Shown piece after piece: positions 1 through 11,360 of a DNA stretch of 64,000 bases. The DNA is from Hyphochytrium catenoides (Eukaryota; Protista; Hyphochytriomycota). Below the pieces are notes generated by a model that saw only the letters and a list, made by a program, of their open reading frames with translations, was not told the DNA's origin and did no database searches. Position 1 is the stretch's first letter. Every line of letters begins with the position of its first letter. A program made the position numbers and the translations under genes. Location of the stretch: NCBI GenBank assembly GCA_900088475.1, contig FLMG01003792.1:14501-78500 (forward strand). The letters run 5' to 3'.

Positions 1-927
1 GGGCAACGTTCAGAGGGTCCTCTCGGCGGAGGTCTGGGCTGGGCCTACAAGCGTCATCGGCTGCTCGCTCAGGCCGTTGACCTTCTTCGAAATCGTGCAC
101 GGCTAAAAGCAGTCGGTATGAACCAAGCCGGTGTGTTTCTGCACGCCAGCCCTATTCCAGGGTTAGACCAACGCGTTCGAGATTCTCACATTCTCCGACT
201 CATGCTTCGTAGATACTTGGGTGTGCCGATCTTCGACGCGCCTGCTGGCCTTTGTAAGCTGTGTCACACGGAATTTCATGTGTTTGGGGACCACGCGAAG
301 GTTTGCCGTTTGGCTCACCGTCGCATGACCAGACGTCATGATGGCGTGCGGAATCTTCTTCTTGGCTTCGCTCGGTAGGCAGGACTGGTAGCTAGAGCTG
401 AACCTCCCGACCAGATTCTGCCCAATGGTGGTCGTCCGGCTGACCTGGCTGTTGAGGGCTTCGAGCCTCTGCATGTCTGCACGCTCCTCTTTGATGTAAC
501 TGTCTCTACCTCACTGCAACAAAACACTCTGTTTCATGCAGCGGCTCAAGCAGGCTACTTCGCGGAGCATGTGCATAGGAGGAAACTCTTCCTCTATGCT
601 GAGGGATCCGCGGACCAAGGTTACGGCTTTCGGCCCTTGGCGTGGGAATCGTTTGGTGGGGCCACAGAGACTTTTCATTCTTCCACGCTGAGAGAATGGC
701 TTAGGGCTATCTTTAACAAGTATCGGAATGTGGGTCTTCCTCTTTCTGTTCTGACGGTGACCAGCTGCAGAAGGATCTCTGTCCAACTGCAGCGGTCTAA
801 TGCTGAGATGGTGTTCCATCGTATGCCCAATCCACTCTATTTGAGAATGCGATATTTATTGGGCCAGCTTCCAGGAGCTACCCTACTAGTAAAAAACCTG
901 CCAACTATCATTACACTGTCTTATTAA
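1..927 (+). mobile_element. 3' part of a non-LTR retrotransposon (RLE type, CRE/R2-like): zinc knuckle plus restriction-like endonuclease, inactivated by a nonsense codon
   Basis: ORFs 118..378 and 571..927 are in one frame, separated by TAG at 376-378. Read-through gives CKLC...GDHAKVC...RRHDGVRN...EP...RPADL...FDVTV...RRKLFLY...FRPLAWESFGG...ISVQLQRSNA, the CCHC + RHD + PD..D..K + E.FG signature of RLE non-LTR elements. The element continues off the window edge. Confidence 0.85.
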
Positions 928-999
928 AGCCCTACTGCTCCAACTGCTCCACCTCTTCTCCTTCGTCGTATGCGCTGCAGTGTTGCTGCTGCTATAGAA

Positions 1000-1660
1000 C
1001 ATCCTCGCGAATTGCTCGTGGCAGAGGAAGGCGACTACGCACCATCTCTGCATTACAGCGCTTAGGATGCGTGGATATCCCTCATGTATGGAACTAAAGA
1101 GAGAAGAAGACGAAGACAAACCCCTCCTCCGCACCTGTCGCGAACTGCTTTAATTCAGTGACGGAGTGTTTCATGGACTTCCATGGTTGCTCCACCAAAT
1201 GTCTCCCAGACCAGCGGAACGAAACCATATCCTGATGCCGCACATTCCTCCGCGTAGGGACCAAGCTTGGCCTCACGACTCAACCTAGCGACGTAGCCAG
1301 CCTCGAGCGCTGTATGCTGAAAGGATGTGTCTTGGAGCGGCTCGCGGATGGTCAGGTCGAAGCATGTCGATATCTTGCCCGGCTCGTTGCCCTCAATGGT
1401 CAAGTCACCAGGGGGTCTCCCATTAGCCAATACCCGATCAGCAGGCTCAGGGCGAGCTATCCTGGCTGCAGACCTCGCTACGGCATGGCGCACGGTTTTG
1501 TCTCTTCCCGTCCTACAGACTACAGACCATAGCATGGTCACCATAAACAGCAAAAGGAGCCTGACAAAGTCTGCAAACGTCAGCCTGATCCACGAGAGGG
1601 ATTCCAAGGTATCGTCGAAGCATTATCCTAAATAGACCTGAGTCTTGCACCCTATGCACC
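1000..1660 (-). mobile_element. second, diverged RLE-type non-LTR retrotransposon fragment, inverted relative to the first; frameshifted, with stops
   Basis: The end of ORF 1513..1851 (RIMLRRYLGIP...CRLC...GDHAMVC) and ORF 1155..1607 (EPADRVLANGRPPGDL...FDLTI...AKLGPY...YGFVPLVWETFGG) align with the + strand copy. Homology continues to KRCNAEMV at about 1040-1065. Confidence 0.85.
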
Positions 1661-4154
1661 CTCTGATGTCTTCCTAGTACTGTCTCTGTCTCCAATAAAT
1701 AATACAATTCTCCGTTGTCCTTCTCTTGGTGGGTTGTATGTGAACGAAGACGATGATGATGCAGGAGGTAGAATAGAACCGTCTGTCTGTGGTGGAAGTG
1801 TTTCCTGATGTCGTCGGTGATGTTGGTGGTGTTGAGGAGGTCAAAGCTCAAAGGATGATCACGTGGCGAAGTTTCTCATTCTACTACTAAGTCTCCCCCA
1901 CGCACCTTCCGCCTCCCTTATGGTGGAGGAAGGAAGAAGGGAGGGGAACGGTTGGCTTGTCTCGCAATGAGTGAACCACCGAAGTCTTCCTCTGTGCGTC
2001 GGCCCTGTAGATTAACCTTAGGCACGGCTTGGTGGTGATGATGATTGCTAGCCACCTGTAGCTAGCCACCTGAGTAGCAATATGATTGAATATATAACTG
2101 AAGGTCGGTTTACTCATTCTAAAAGTAGACACCAGAATGTGAGGAAGTCGATGCTGGAAACGCCGACCGACATAGAGGATTAAGATGAGCGGACTCCTAT
2201 TTGCTGCACAGCGTCTCTACACTATCCTTTCCCTTCAAGTGTCGGTGGCTGCCGGTAGTAGTAGTACCGAGCGCGGAAACGAAGCTGCTCTCAGTCATCA
2301 ATATGAGTTAAGAGTGCGTAGCTCTCCTTTAATACATCTGCCACACGTCAACAAGTTCGATTTAGCTAGAAGAGCTATTACCTCTCTCCCTCCAATATCC
2401 CTTTGCAGGTTATGGATGATACTGGACGTCTTTGGGGAGGTCTCAACAAGAGGCTACAATGACTTCTTCTTGGTTCGGCAGCAGCTCCATAGGCTCTTAC
2501 GACGGAAGCACATGTGTAGCGGTTGCTGTGTTTGCGCTACTTCGCGTAAGGACCGTCAAGTGTTTTAGAAAAAGGCTTATTTCCTCCAGGTGCTGACATA
2601 ATGATGGTCACTCCAGTCTCCAATACCCCGAACTAAGTTCTTCTGAGCAACGCTATTTGTTAACCATAATAGGAACCTACGGGTTGTCGAGAATCGCGCG
2701 ATGGCGCTCAGAGCTTTCCTTTCGCAGGTCTTGGAGGTTATGAACAATGCGTCCTTTAGAGCCTGCTGTGCACATATCTCCGTCAACGACTCACTTCTCG
2801 CTATAGATAGATTCTCTCTGATACAGAAGGTGCGTTATCGAGTGGCCAATGCGCAGAGTTATTGTTCAAAGAGCTTCCCTTTTTGACAGTGTTAGCGACA
2901 CACCTGCCATTCTCGATATAAATGATGCTTCAGACGTGATTCAATCTCTGGTGGTGGGCCACTTGCTTCACTTCATCAGTGATAAAAAGCTCAAAAGCCT
3001 TCAAGAAGGAGTGCAGTTACGAGCCATCATCGGAAGTCGTTAGAATCTTTCTATGAAGTGCAAACACCTAAATGTATGTGAATGATCACCTCAGGAGGGG
3101 CTTTCAAAAAGCTTTGACGCAACGACCAGCGGCCAATGCACCACAGAGAGCCACCTTCTTCCTTCGGTCGGGATCTCATCTTTCTTCTCCTCGTTGCAGG
3201 AGTATGATGGGATGCTAAGGAGGTACACTCGCAACTGAAGATGAACTGAAAATAAGAAGGTATCGGCAGTCACACAAGCAGAAGATGAGATAAATAGGGC
3301 CAGCTTTCCATCTCAAGGTGCTCAATTAAGAGGGCAAAATTAGCAGCAGTTGATACCCACTACTATACTGCTAGGTACAGCTGCTTAAGCTACGGCTTAG
3401 CCCTCATCATCAGGACCGCTGAACAGCTCATTCTGCAAGTTCATTATCCAAGGACAGGTCAGTGCAAAGTTCAAGAGCACACAGAGGGATGCCAACTAGC
3501 CATCGTCGGTGCATTTAGAACTCATCTGGAGCACAAGGATTCGGAAAGCCAGGAGTCGACGTGCCTCACTGCTTCTTCATCTTGTGTATCCATCGTGCGT
3601 GGCGTACTTCCTCCAGAGATGAAAGAGGTGGTTTACGGAACGACCATATTACGCTTCTCGCCTAGCCAAGCAAAAACATTGGCCACCACTAACCACTACT
3701 CATGTGTCATCGTAATTCTTCACGCACCTACGCGGGGCAGTAACCCTATCCACCGCCATCACAGGATTCTCGTCTGTTTTTTAAGGATGCAAGTTAGCCG
3801 AGCCCGAACTACTACTGGTCATACCTACCTGTTCATCTCACGGTGGGTCCATTAGAGTCGGTAGCACTGACGACGTAGGAGTTTTACGTCACTGCTGGGC
3901 CGTAGAAGATGCTAATTAGTCTTCTTCGGAGTCCTAACCTTTGCTTCGGAGAGCTACCGATATCAAACGCTAATAGCGATGACTGGGGTAGAAAGGGATA
4001 TCCTGACGACGTGGATAGCTTATAGTCGTTGCATACATTTCTAGGATAATTGTAAAGTGGGATATGAAGATTACTTTTGAAAAGAAGAAAGGCAAACAAA
4101 ATAGCGACTACTACGAGTGATGACGACTGCTGCAGACGATGATAATTTTATCTA

Positions 4155-5420
4155 CTAGTTTCGGATACTTGGAGTTGCGTAAGTAAAGCCTTCATAGAAG
4201 AGCGGATGATGATCAAACTCTTCCTTTTCCTTAAGTGCTCTGGCGGAGCTTGGTCTTTGGCTGTCTTCTCCTCCCAGCGTCTCCGTCTCTTCTAGCGGCT
4301 TCTCTTTCAGAATTTCAGGAAAGTTCACTGAATTGGTACCCTCAACAAGAAGGCAGGATGATGGGTCGTCGGCGTGGTTCAAGTTCAAAGCTGCAGTGTA
4401 AGGCTTATACGCAGATGCCTGGGACGGCAGCCTCTCAAAGTCAATCCCGGCGAAGAACGGATGCTGCTTGATCTCTGAAGCCCCATTTCCACTGCCCAAG
4501 CGTGTCCGCGGATCCTTATCTAGGAGCTTGCGGATGAGGTCCCCTCCAACTTTATTGATGGACGGAGGGAGGACAAGCGGCGTGTTCACGATTTGGCGAA
4601 ATGTCTGGAGGTTGTTGCCGGCACACCAAGGAAGATAACCTGCGAGCAGCTCAAACAGTACAACCCCAAAACTCCACCAGTCGATTGCGGTTCCATAGCG
4701 GCTGCGCTGTAGGATCTCTGGTGCCATGTATTCTGGCGTCCCACATAGAGTCGTAGCACCATACAGGGGGTGTCTCACGCTCTCTTTGGCAAGATCAAAG
4801 TCGACAAGTCTTAGATGCCCATGGCCATCCAAGAGGATGTTCTCCGGCTTAAGGTCTCTGTACAGGATGCCAAGCCCATGAAGGTGCTCCAAAGCCAGCA
4901 AGAGCTCAGCCATGTAAAGTCGCGTTAGCCCTTGTGGGAGGCGCTTCAGCTTCTGAAGAAGGGCAAACAGCTCACCTCCCGGACAGTAATCGAGCACGAA
5001 GAAGAGGTGCTTCTCTGTCTGAAAGGCATAATGAAGGCTGACAATGAAGGGATGTTTAACCTTGGCCAAAACCCTTCTCTCCGTCCAGATTCGAGTTCTT
5101 TGCCTTCTGATGCCGGGGGGATCATTGGGCCTGGGAATCATCTTCATTCCATATAACGTCTGGTCCATCTTCCTCTTGATGAGGAACACCAGTGTTCCGC
5201 CTCTGCCCTTGCTAAGGATGCGAATCACCTCAACCTCATCTAAAACACTTGCACCAGCATTGACCTCTTCCGCAACTCGAGGAGGATTAGCACGAGGCCC
5301 ATGCTGGACCGACCTTGGACAACTATCATTTTCTGTCTTATGATACGCATGATGATGGCTGTGACTGCATCCAGGTAGAAAGCACAGAGCACTGCACTCA
5401 GGTGCAACGTGTCGAGCCAT
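4155..5420 (-). CDS. AGC-group Ser/Thr protein kinase (S6K/SGK/PKB-like), intronless, with DFD in place of DFG
   Basis: 421-aa ORF containing YGMKMI, ERRVL, HPFIVSLHYAFQT, YRDLKPENILL, VDFDLAK, TLCGTPEYMAPE, DWWSFG, RLG...EIKQHPFF and a C-terminal hydrophobic motif (FYEGFTY). Confidence 0.93.
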   Translation of the reverse strand: MARHVAPECSALCFLPGCSHSHHHAYHKTENDSCPRSVQHGPRANPPRVAEEVNAGASVLDEVEVIRILSKGRGGTLVFLIKRKMDQTLYGMKMIPRPNDPPGIRRQRTRIWTERRVLAKVKHPFIVSLHYAFQTEKHLFFVLDYCPGGELFALLQKLKRLPQGLTRLYMAELLLALEHLHGLGILYRDLKPENILLDGHGHLRLVDFDLAKESVRHPLYGATTLCGTPEYMAPEILQRSRYGTAIDWWSFGVVLFELLAGYLPWCAGNNLQTFRQIVNTPLVLPPSINKVGGDLIRKLLDKDPRTRLGSGNGASEIKQHPFFAGIDFERLPSQASAYKPYTAALNLNHADDPSSCLLVEGTNSVNFPEILKEKPLEETETLGGEDSQRPSSARALKEKEEFDHHPLFYEGFTYATPSIRN

Positions 5421-8160
5421 CCGTCTTCTCTTATTTTTCTCTCTATGTATATCCTTTTCCGCGACCCGGCCCTTGCTTTTTTGTCCTTATATTTCGCCAC
5501 CCTATGAACGTGTAAGGAAATGGTGAAGTGTTGAGATCTCATACAGGCGTCCGTAGTACCGCAGGCCTGGTTGCCGCAGGCATCATGCAGTAAAAAGCAA
5601 AGGTTCATCACGACATCCTTCACCGAAGAAGAAGCCCCCAGCAGCCCCTCAATAACAACTACACTACTTTTTCTGGCTGTTATCGACGGTTGACTGCACT
5701 TGATTGAAGGAGGGTATAAAGCTCTGTTTATTAGAGCTACTGATTAGCAAATGTAGGCGGAAGGGCTACTTGTTTATTACAGACGAAGATTAAGTCATCG
5801 GGCATCCTTCCTTGTCGACTCACTCATCACAGTCCGCCTGATGCTAGGGCATCGGTCTTCGAGTTGTTGTTGCCTGGGCGGCCCGCTGCCCTATTATTCC
5901 ACCATCGTCAACACAAGGGTTTGAAAGTCCGACATAATGCAAGCATCACTATTGCGCGGAAGACAAAAAAACACACGATCTTCCTGATTCTTTGCGCAAG
6001 GTGACCCTGGTGTGAGCCCGAACTACTGCACGCAGCAGTGAGTGCGCTGCGAGGCTAAGAAGAGCAGCAGCAATGACCATCTTCTACTTTTAACCTTATG
6101 GGGCTAGCTGCCTCCAGCCCATCGGCAGCACGCGAGTAAAGTGTCGATTTAGTATCATCGTTGTTGTCGCTTGAACTCTTCTGTTTGATAAAGGCCTTTA
6201 GAGTATGTTGGCATTATTGTCGGTCGCTTCTTTGCGAAACTATCCAGCACTGTTCTACCACGACGACTGCACCAGCTAGCGCCATAATTAGACCGGGATC
6301 ATTCCATTAACGCCCTCGTCGTCAACCTCTTCTTTCCAGACGCGAAGTTGGAGGATGGAAAAAGAAGACCACCCATCGCTGTTGATCATCGTAGTAGCTT
6401 TCCTCCTCCGCCCTTAAACCTCCCGAACGCAAAGTTGATTGATGTGTGGACGTCGACTGAAGTGTTCAGCACCAAATCTTTGTTGTATAAGGTGATGACG
6501 TACCCGGTGTTATTGTTCCAAAACATTTTATAATAAAAAAGTGTTTTGCTTGCCCAAGGTCTGTCCAACACCCAAAGTTCCTCCTGTGGTACAACACGAC
6601 GAGATATCCAGTCATGTCAAGAGCGTTCTGACTACTAACTGGATCTATCAACCTTCTTTCATAAAAAGAAATCAGTACAGTACGATACTGCAGCTGATAC
6701 TGCAATCTCAAGTGAGAGGCTGAAAGGGTGAAACGTTTCTTTTTTCAAGGAAAGGAGAAGAGTTGCGAATTTTGGGGGCCCACCAGGAATACTTCACGCA
6801 AGCATACTGAAGTCCCTAGTTAATACCGCTACAAGTAGGACCCAAAATTTGGCACTCCTCCAAGTTAATTTTTGCCCTTCACCTTTCTTGCAGATTCTCG
6901 TAGAGCGTGTTATTTAGAGTGGTACAGTAGACGCCCAGAACGACATACCTGCAAACGCACCTCCTGCGAACCTCCAAACATCTATTGTTAGGCTCTGCAC
7001 AGATTGGCCGCACTTTGTAGTTGGTTTTATTATTATTTTATTATTGTTATTTGATGAGAGATTCATCATGCCTCTTCACAAGCATCCCCCACGGTTGCCC
7101 AACGCCACGAAGGTGGTAACGAGGAGGCGCACTATAAGGCTGCTTGTCTGCAGTTGAAGAGGAAGCAGTACTTTGCCCTACCACTACCACCTCAAGAGCC
7201 TACGAACGAGGTCCTGTTCCCTCGAAGGACTCGCTCCCTTGTGAGCGAACAGCATTGCTAGTCATCTGAAACCAAAAAGTGAATGAATCCGGGAGATCTT
7301 TGTCTAAAGGAGTTTCAGCGGCTTATTAGTATAAGAATCCGTCCTCCTCCTAGGGCGTCCGGAATGATGAGCGAAGGTTCTGTGGAGAACTCTGTTTGTG
7401 GCGAGGTCCACCAGGCACACCCCTCATCCTCTTGACCATCATGAAATAACCACTTCAGTGCGAGAATCTTCTGCTGCGGATAACCTTCCACTACTAAGAA
7501 AGGAGAAGAAGAAGAAGAACAACTCCGGTGCAGTGCGACGACAGACCAAGAAGACGACTTGTTGTTTGGTAAGCACCATCCTCATCAGCTCTTTCATCAT
7601 TTGTGTGTCAAGTACTTTTTCCTCCTCGCGTTGATGCAGTATCCATCTGTCCGGCTCCAAGTTCGCACTTGATACCTTCTCTTCCAGTCATCGTCCCTTG
7701 GTCATGAGTGGAGGACACCCAGAGCGGAACTGACTCCTTGTTCTTGGCGGTGTTCTTTAGCTGGCAGTAGTTTGATGTGAAGAAGAAGAAGAACGAAGTA
7801 TCAAATGGAAAGAAGATGGCTTATAGGTCTATCGCAGGCCACTGCTTACCATTGTTCTTCCCATCATCGCTCTTTCTCAAACGAAGCGGACAAAGTCCTG
7901 CTTCATAGGTGACCCTAGCTACTATCGGTGTACCTCGAGCTCTCGTGGAGCGCCTCGAACCTAAGAACTTCTGGGATTTGAAAGCTCCAGGGGCTTTTGC
8001 TTCCTCCTTCCGCCGAGAGCGTCTGGAGAATATTGAGACATGAAAAGAGGAGCTAAGATAACTCTTCCTTGTCACTTCCAGATTTTCCACGCAAAGACAC
8101 GACCCCCACCTCAGATAACCAAGACAACGTCAAGAAAGGAATCGCTGAAGAAGAACTAAG

Positions 8161-9441
8161 ATGTCGCCACCTACTGATAAGCGCCGCCGGCCATTCCTCC
8201 TCTTTGGAGGAGTCTCCTCAGCGCTGTTGTCACTCTTCATCTCCACTTCGTCTTGGAATATAAGCCTAGCGCAGCAGTCGGCGCGGCACTATTCATGCCC
8301 CTTTCAAGACGTCGTGGCTTCGCCCCAATTCCAAATTGAACAGCTTCAGGGAGTTTGGTTTGAGATTGGCAACACCTTCATTGATAGAAGTCAACAAGAA
8401 GCTGCAGACCAGTGCACGTGTGGCTCATATCGGTTTACGCTGCCAGATGACCTTAGGGATGATGTCGACGGCGATGATACGCCTCCAGGCGGCCAGTGTG
8501 CCCCTTTGGAGCAGGACACCGACTATCCTGGGAATGATCTTGGAGAGACCCAACGAAATAACTCCACGCAATGCTGTCAGGACTGCCGCGACCTAGATGG
8601 CTGTCAAGGCTTTGTGTGGACGGACTGGAACGCAGGAACATGCTGGTTGAAGAGTTCTCTCCCTCAAGAAAGGCAAACCAGTCAGCGAGGAGTGATGGCG
8701 GGCCGCATCCCTGAGGCACAGAATGGCAACAACAGTCAAGAAGAAGGGGAAGAGACCAGGAGTTCTGTCCGTGTGGATTATGTCTGCACCGCTGAAAGCA
8801 CCATGGTTATTAGAACCGGCAATGCCTCACTCCCTCTCACGCGCAATAACGGTATTTTCGCTGTCGTTTGGCAGCAGTACCAGAACGAGAATGAGACAGC
8901 AGGAAACGACCCAAGTGCCAGTGACGGAAGCGAGAGGCAGGAGTGGCAAAGAATGTACCCTGGAGGAGGAAATATGCTCGTCCTTGCGTTGAAGCAAGGT
9001 ACGATAATATAGATGGAAAGTCGGATGGTGTACGATGCTTACTAAGATCGCTTCTTTTAATGTTGTCACTGATGATTCTAAACCGTAGGAGGTTCGGAGG
9101 ACGGGGGAGACAATGAAAGTGGAAGTGGCGGTTATCTTGTTCTTGGATCACCTTGTTACTTAGGTGCCCGCATCCTCTCGCGATCACCTGACCTCTCTTC
9201 CGACGAAATGAATGAAGCCGTCTCCGTCCTGCGTGACAGGAATTATCCGTTGGACATTCTAGACTTCAAAAGAGTTACAAGTATGGAAGCCAATTGCGAT
9301 TCTGTGCAGCAGGCCTGGGACAATCTTCTTCCTACCAGAGAAGGCGGTGGCCAACCCCAAAGTCAAGTCAGGGAGGAGGGAGAGACAAACGACGAGGGCA
9401 ATCGTGCCTTAAGGAGGATGAGTTTACTTGTTGGATTGTAA
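8161..9441 (+). CDS. secreted lipocalin-like protein with an inserted PAN/Apple domain; 2 exons (8161-8998, 9089-9441), about 396 aa
   Basis: N-terminal hydrophobic signal. Lipocalin SCR1 FQIEQLQGVWFEIG. PAN module CAPLEQDTDYPGNDL...CCQDCRDLDGCQGFVW...GTCWLKS. A phase-1 intron (GTACG at 8999 to CCGTAG at 9088) joins in frame to an exon carrying SCR3-like ARILSRSPDL and ORF 9208..9441. Confidence 0.8.
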
Positions 9442-10204
9442 TATAAGGAAGGGTTGTCGATCGCCTTCCTAAGTACAGGCTAGATTCTGATCGGACTAGC
9501 CGGGGATAACCTTTTTCTCAATGACAGTAGTTCTACGCTGAGATGTACGTGATCCCGTCGATTGTTGGTTGTTAGGAGAGGTTGAGAGAGTTTAGACTAT
9601 GGGAAGTATCAGGGTTCGTGAATGCCCCTGTGCGTGGTGGCTCTCAGTAACCAAAACTTCGTGGTCTTAGGCCCCACAGATATTACTACGGTTCCCATAC
9701 CTACCTATCACTACCGCGCATAATAGATGCTTTACAAGCATTGTTGTCGTCTGGTGATTGGCACGAGCTAGCACTTACACTCAGCCTCTTCGCAGCACTA
9801 ACTTCCAGTTATGAAGGAGCTTGGTTGTAGGTCTTTATAAAAGCTTTGGTCAGGCCAGCGCCAGGACGGCCTCTACACCAAGCGACCAGCACAGCCCTTG
9901 CAATTGGAAGCAGTCAAGCACCTTGATTGTTATTGATGGCAATAGCTCCTCACTCAGACGAGGATCGGAGAGGAAGACAGAAAGACAGATAAATAAGGGT
10001 TGCCCTAACTCTATTATCATAGGTGATAAAGGAAACGTCCCAGACCTCTGCAGCAAGGCAGAAGGCGACCGCTGCTCGAACATGTGCGTATATCATGGGA
10101 GGGATAAAAAGTGTGCGACACGGCAGAGCACCAGGAGGGCAGAGTAACACAGCAGTATTTGATGTCCTTAGACCCCTAAGAAATAATCGTCTGGCAAAAA
10201 ATAG

Positions 10205-11360
10205 CCACGCAACACCTTAGCAAACATCTCTGCCGTTAGGCCATGCACAACCAAGGAGGCAAACACCACGAAGGACATGACTTCATAAAAGACATCACTG
10301 TCGAGCTTTTAGTAGAGCACGGCCGCATAGAAGACAGTAGCAACGCCAATTGGGCCGATGAAAACGAGATACGCTACCTCGCTCATATTACGCGCACATG
10401 ACGAGAGCCCTCTCCGGAAGAGAACGACTAAAATGAGCCTTCTAAGTATAACTACTGCCACAAAGTATTAGACCAAGTTGCCGAGCCCAGTGTCGGTCCT
10501 TAGGGGAAAAGGCAAGGCGGTGGCGAAGAAAAAGAAGGACAATGTGAAACAGGCACATCGATAACCTCCAGAGAGCCCTGCTGCTTGTCTTGCTCGTCTT
10601 TGTCTATGGTATCAGTGTAGACGATAACTGCAGCAAACACCGCTAAGATACCATCTCAACCGAGACTCTCCACAGCTCCAAGAATGGCAAGGCACAGCAT
10701 AATGGAATAGATCAGCGATGATTCTCTATCGATTAAGTCCCGAAACTGGGCAAGCTTGAACTGTTGTGCAGCTGAGAAGCCCATGACGATTCCAACTACG
10801 ACGGCCAGGATTATCTCATAGAGGATAGTTTGATAGACCCACCTGGCGAAGCCGTTCTCAGCGCCATGAAGGATGATTATCAAGGCAGATAGAGATACGG
10901 AAAAGCTGCGCCGTCATTAATACTACTTTCAGCTTCAGGCAGGTTGCCCAGGCTGCTGGATAGGTGTTCTTCTGCAAACTTGCCTCTTGCTACCGTGACA
11001 GTAAGAATCGGGTCATTAGGAGGTTGGTCCGCCCGCCATTGCAAGAAGCTCTAGAAGGCCTACTGAGCGAAAGAGTGGGATAGCGAGCGCACAGCATACA
11101 CCCCACCCGAGAGCCATTACTGGACCTACCAAGATCAGAAGCTCCTTCCAATGCCTCCGGACCCAATACTGTGGGAGGGAGATAGCAGCTGTGGACATCA
11201 CTTAAACAGCAATAATGACGATCCTAGAAACCTCCAAACCTATCGTAAAGAGCGTATACCTGTCCGAGAGTAGTGGATCAATAAGCCCCGAGACACGAGG
11301 CCAGCAATGATGCCGAAGACAGTGGCGAACATGGGCTCCTTAAGAATCGTCTTCGTCCAC
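10205..11360 (-). pseudogene. CPA1 Na+/H+ antiporter pseudogene (fungal Nha1/Sod2-like)
   Basis: Fragments in shifting frames: EPMFATVFGII, EVSRIVIIAV*VM..ISLPQYWVRRHWKELLILVGPVMALGW, DPIL...GKFAEEHL...EAESSINDGAAFP, ILYEIILAVVVG...LIDRES, FIGPIGVATVFY. Multiple stops and frameshifts; no obvious introns. Confidence 0.82.

Noticed and set aside
1887-2140. FRMSKPTFSYIFNHI resembles the N-terminus of PIF/Harbinger transposases
   Set aside because: It is a single short motif with no downstream DDE motifs, too weak to call.
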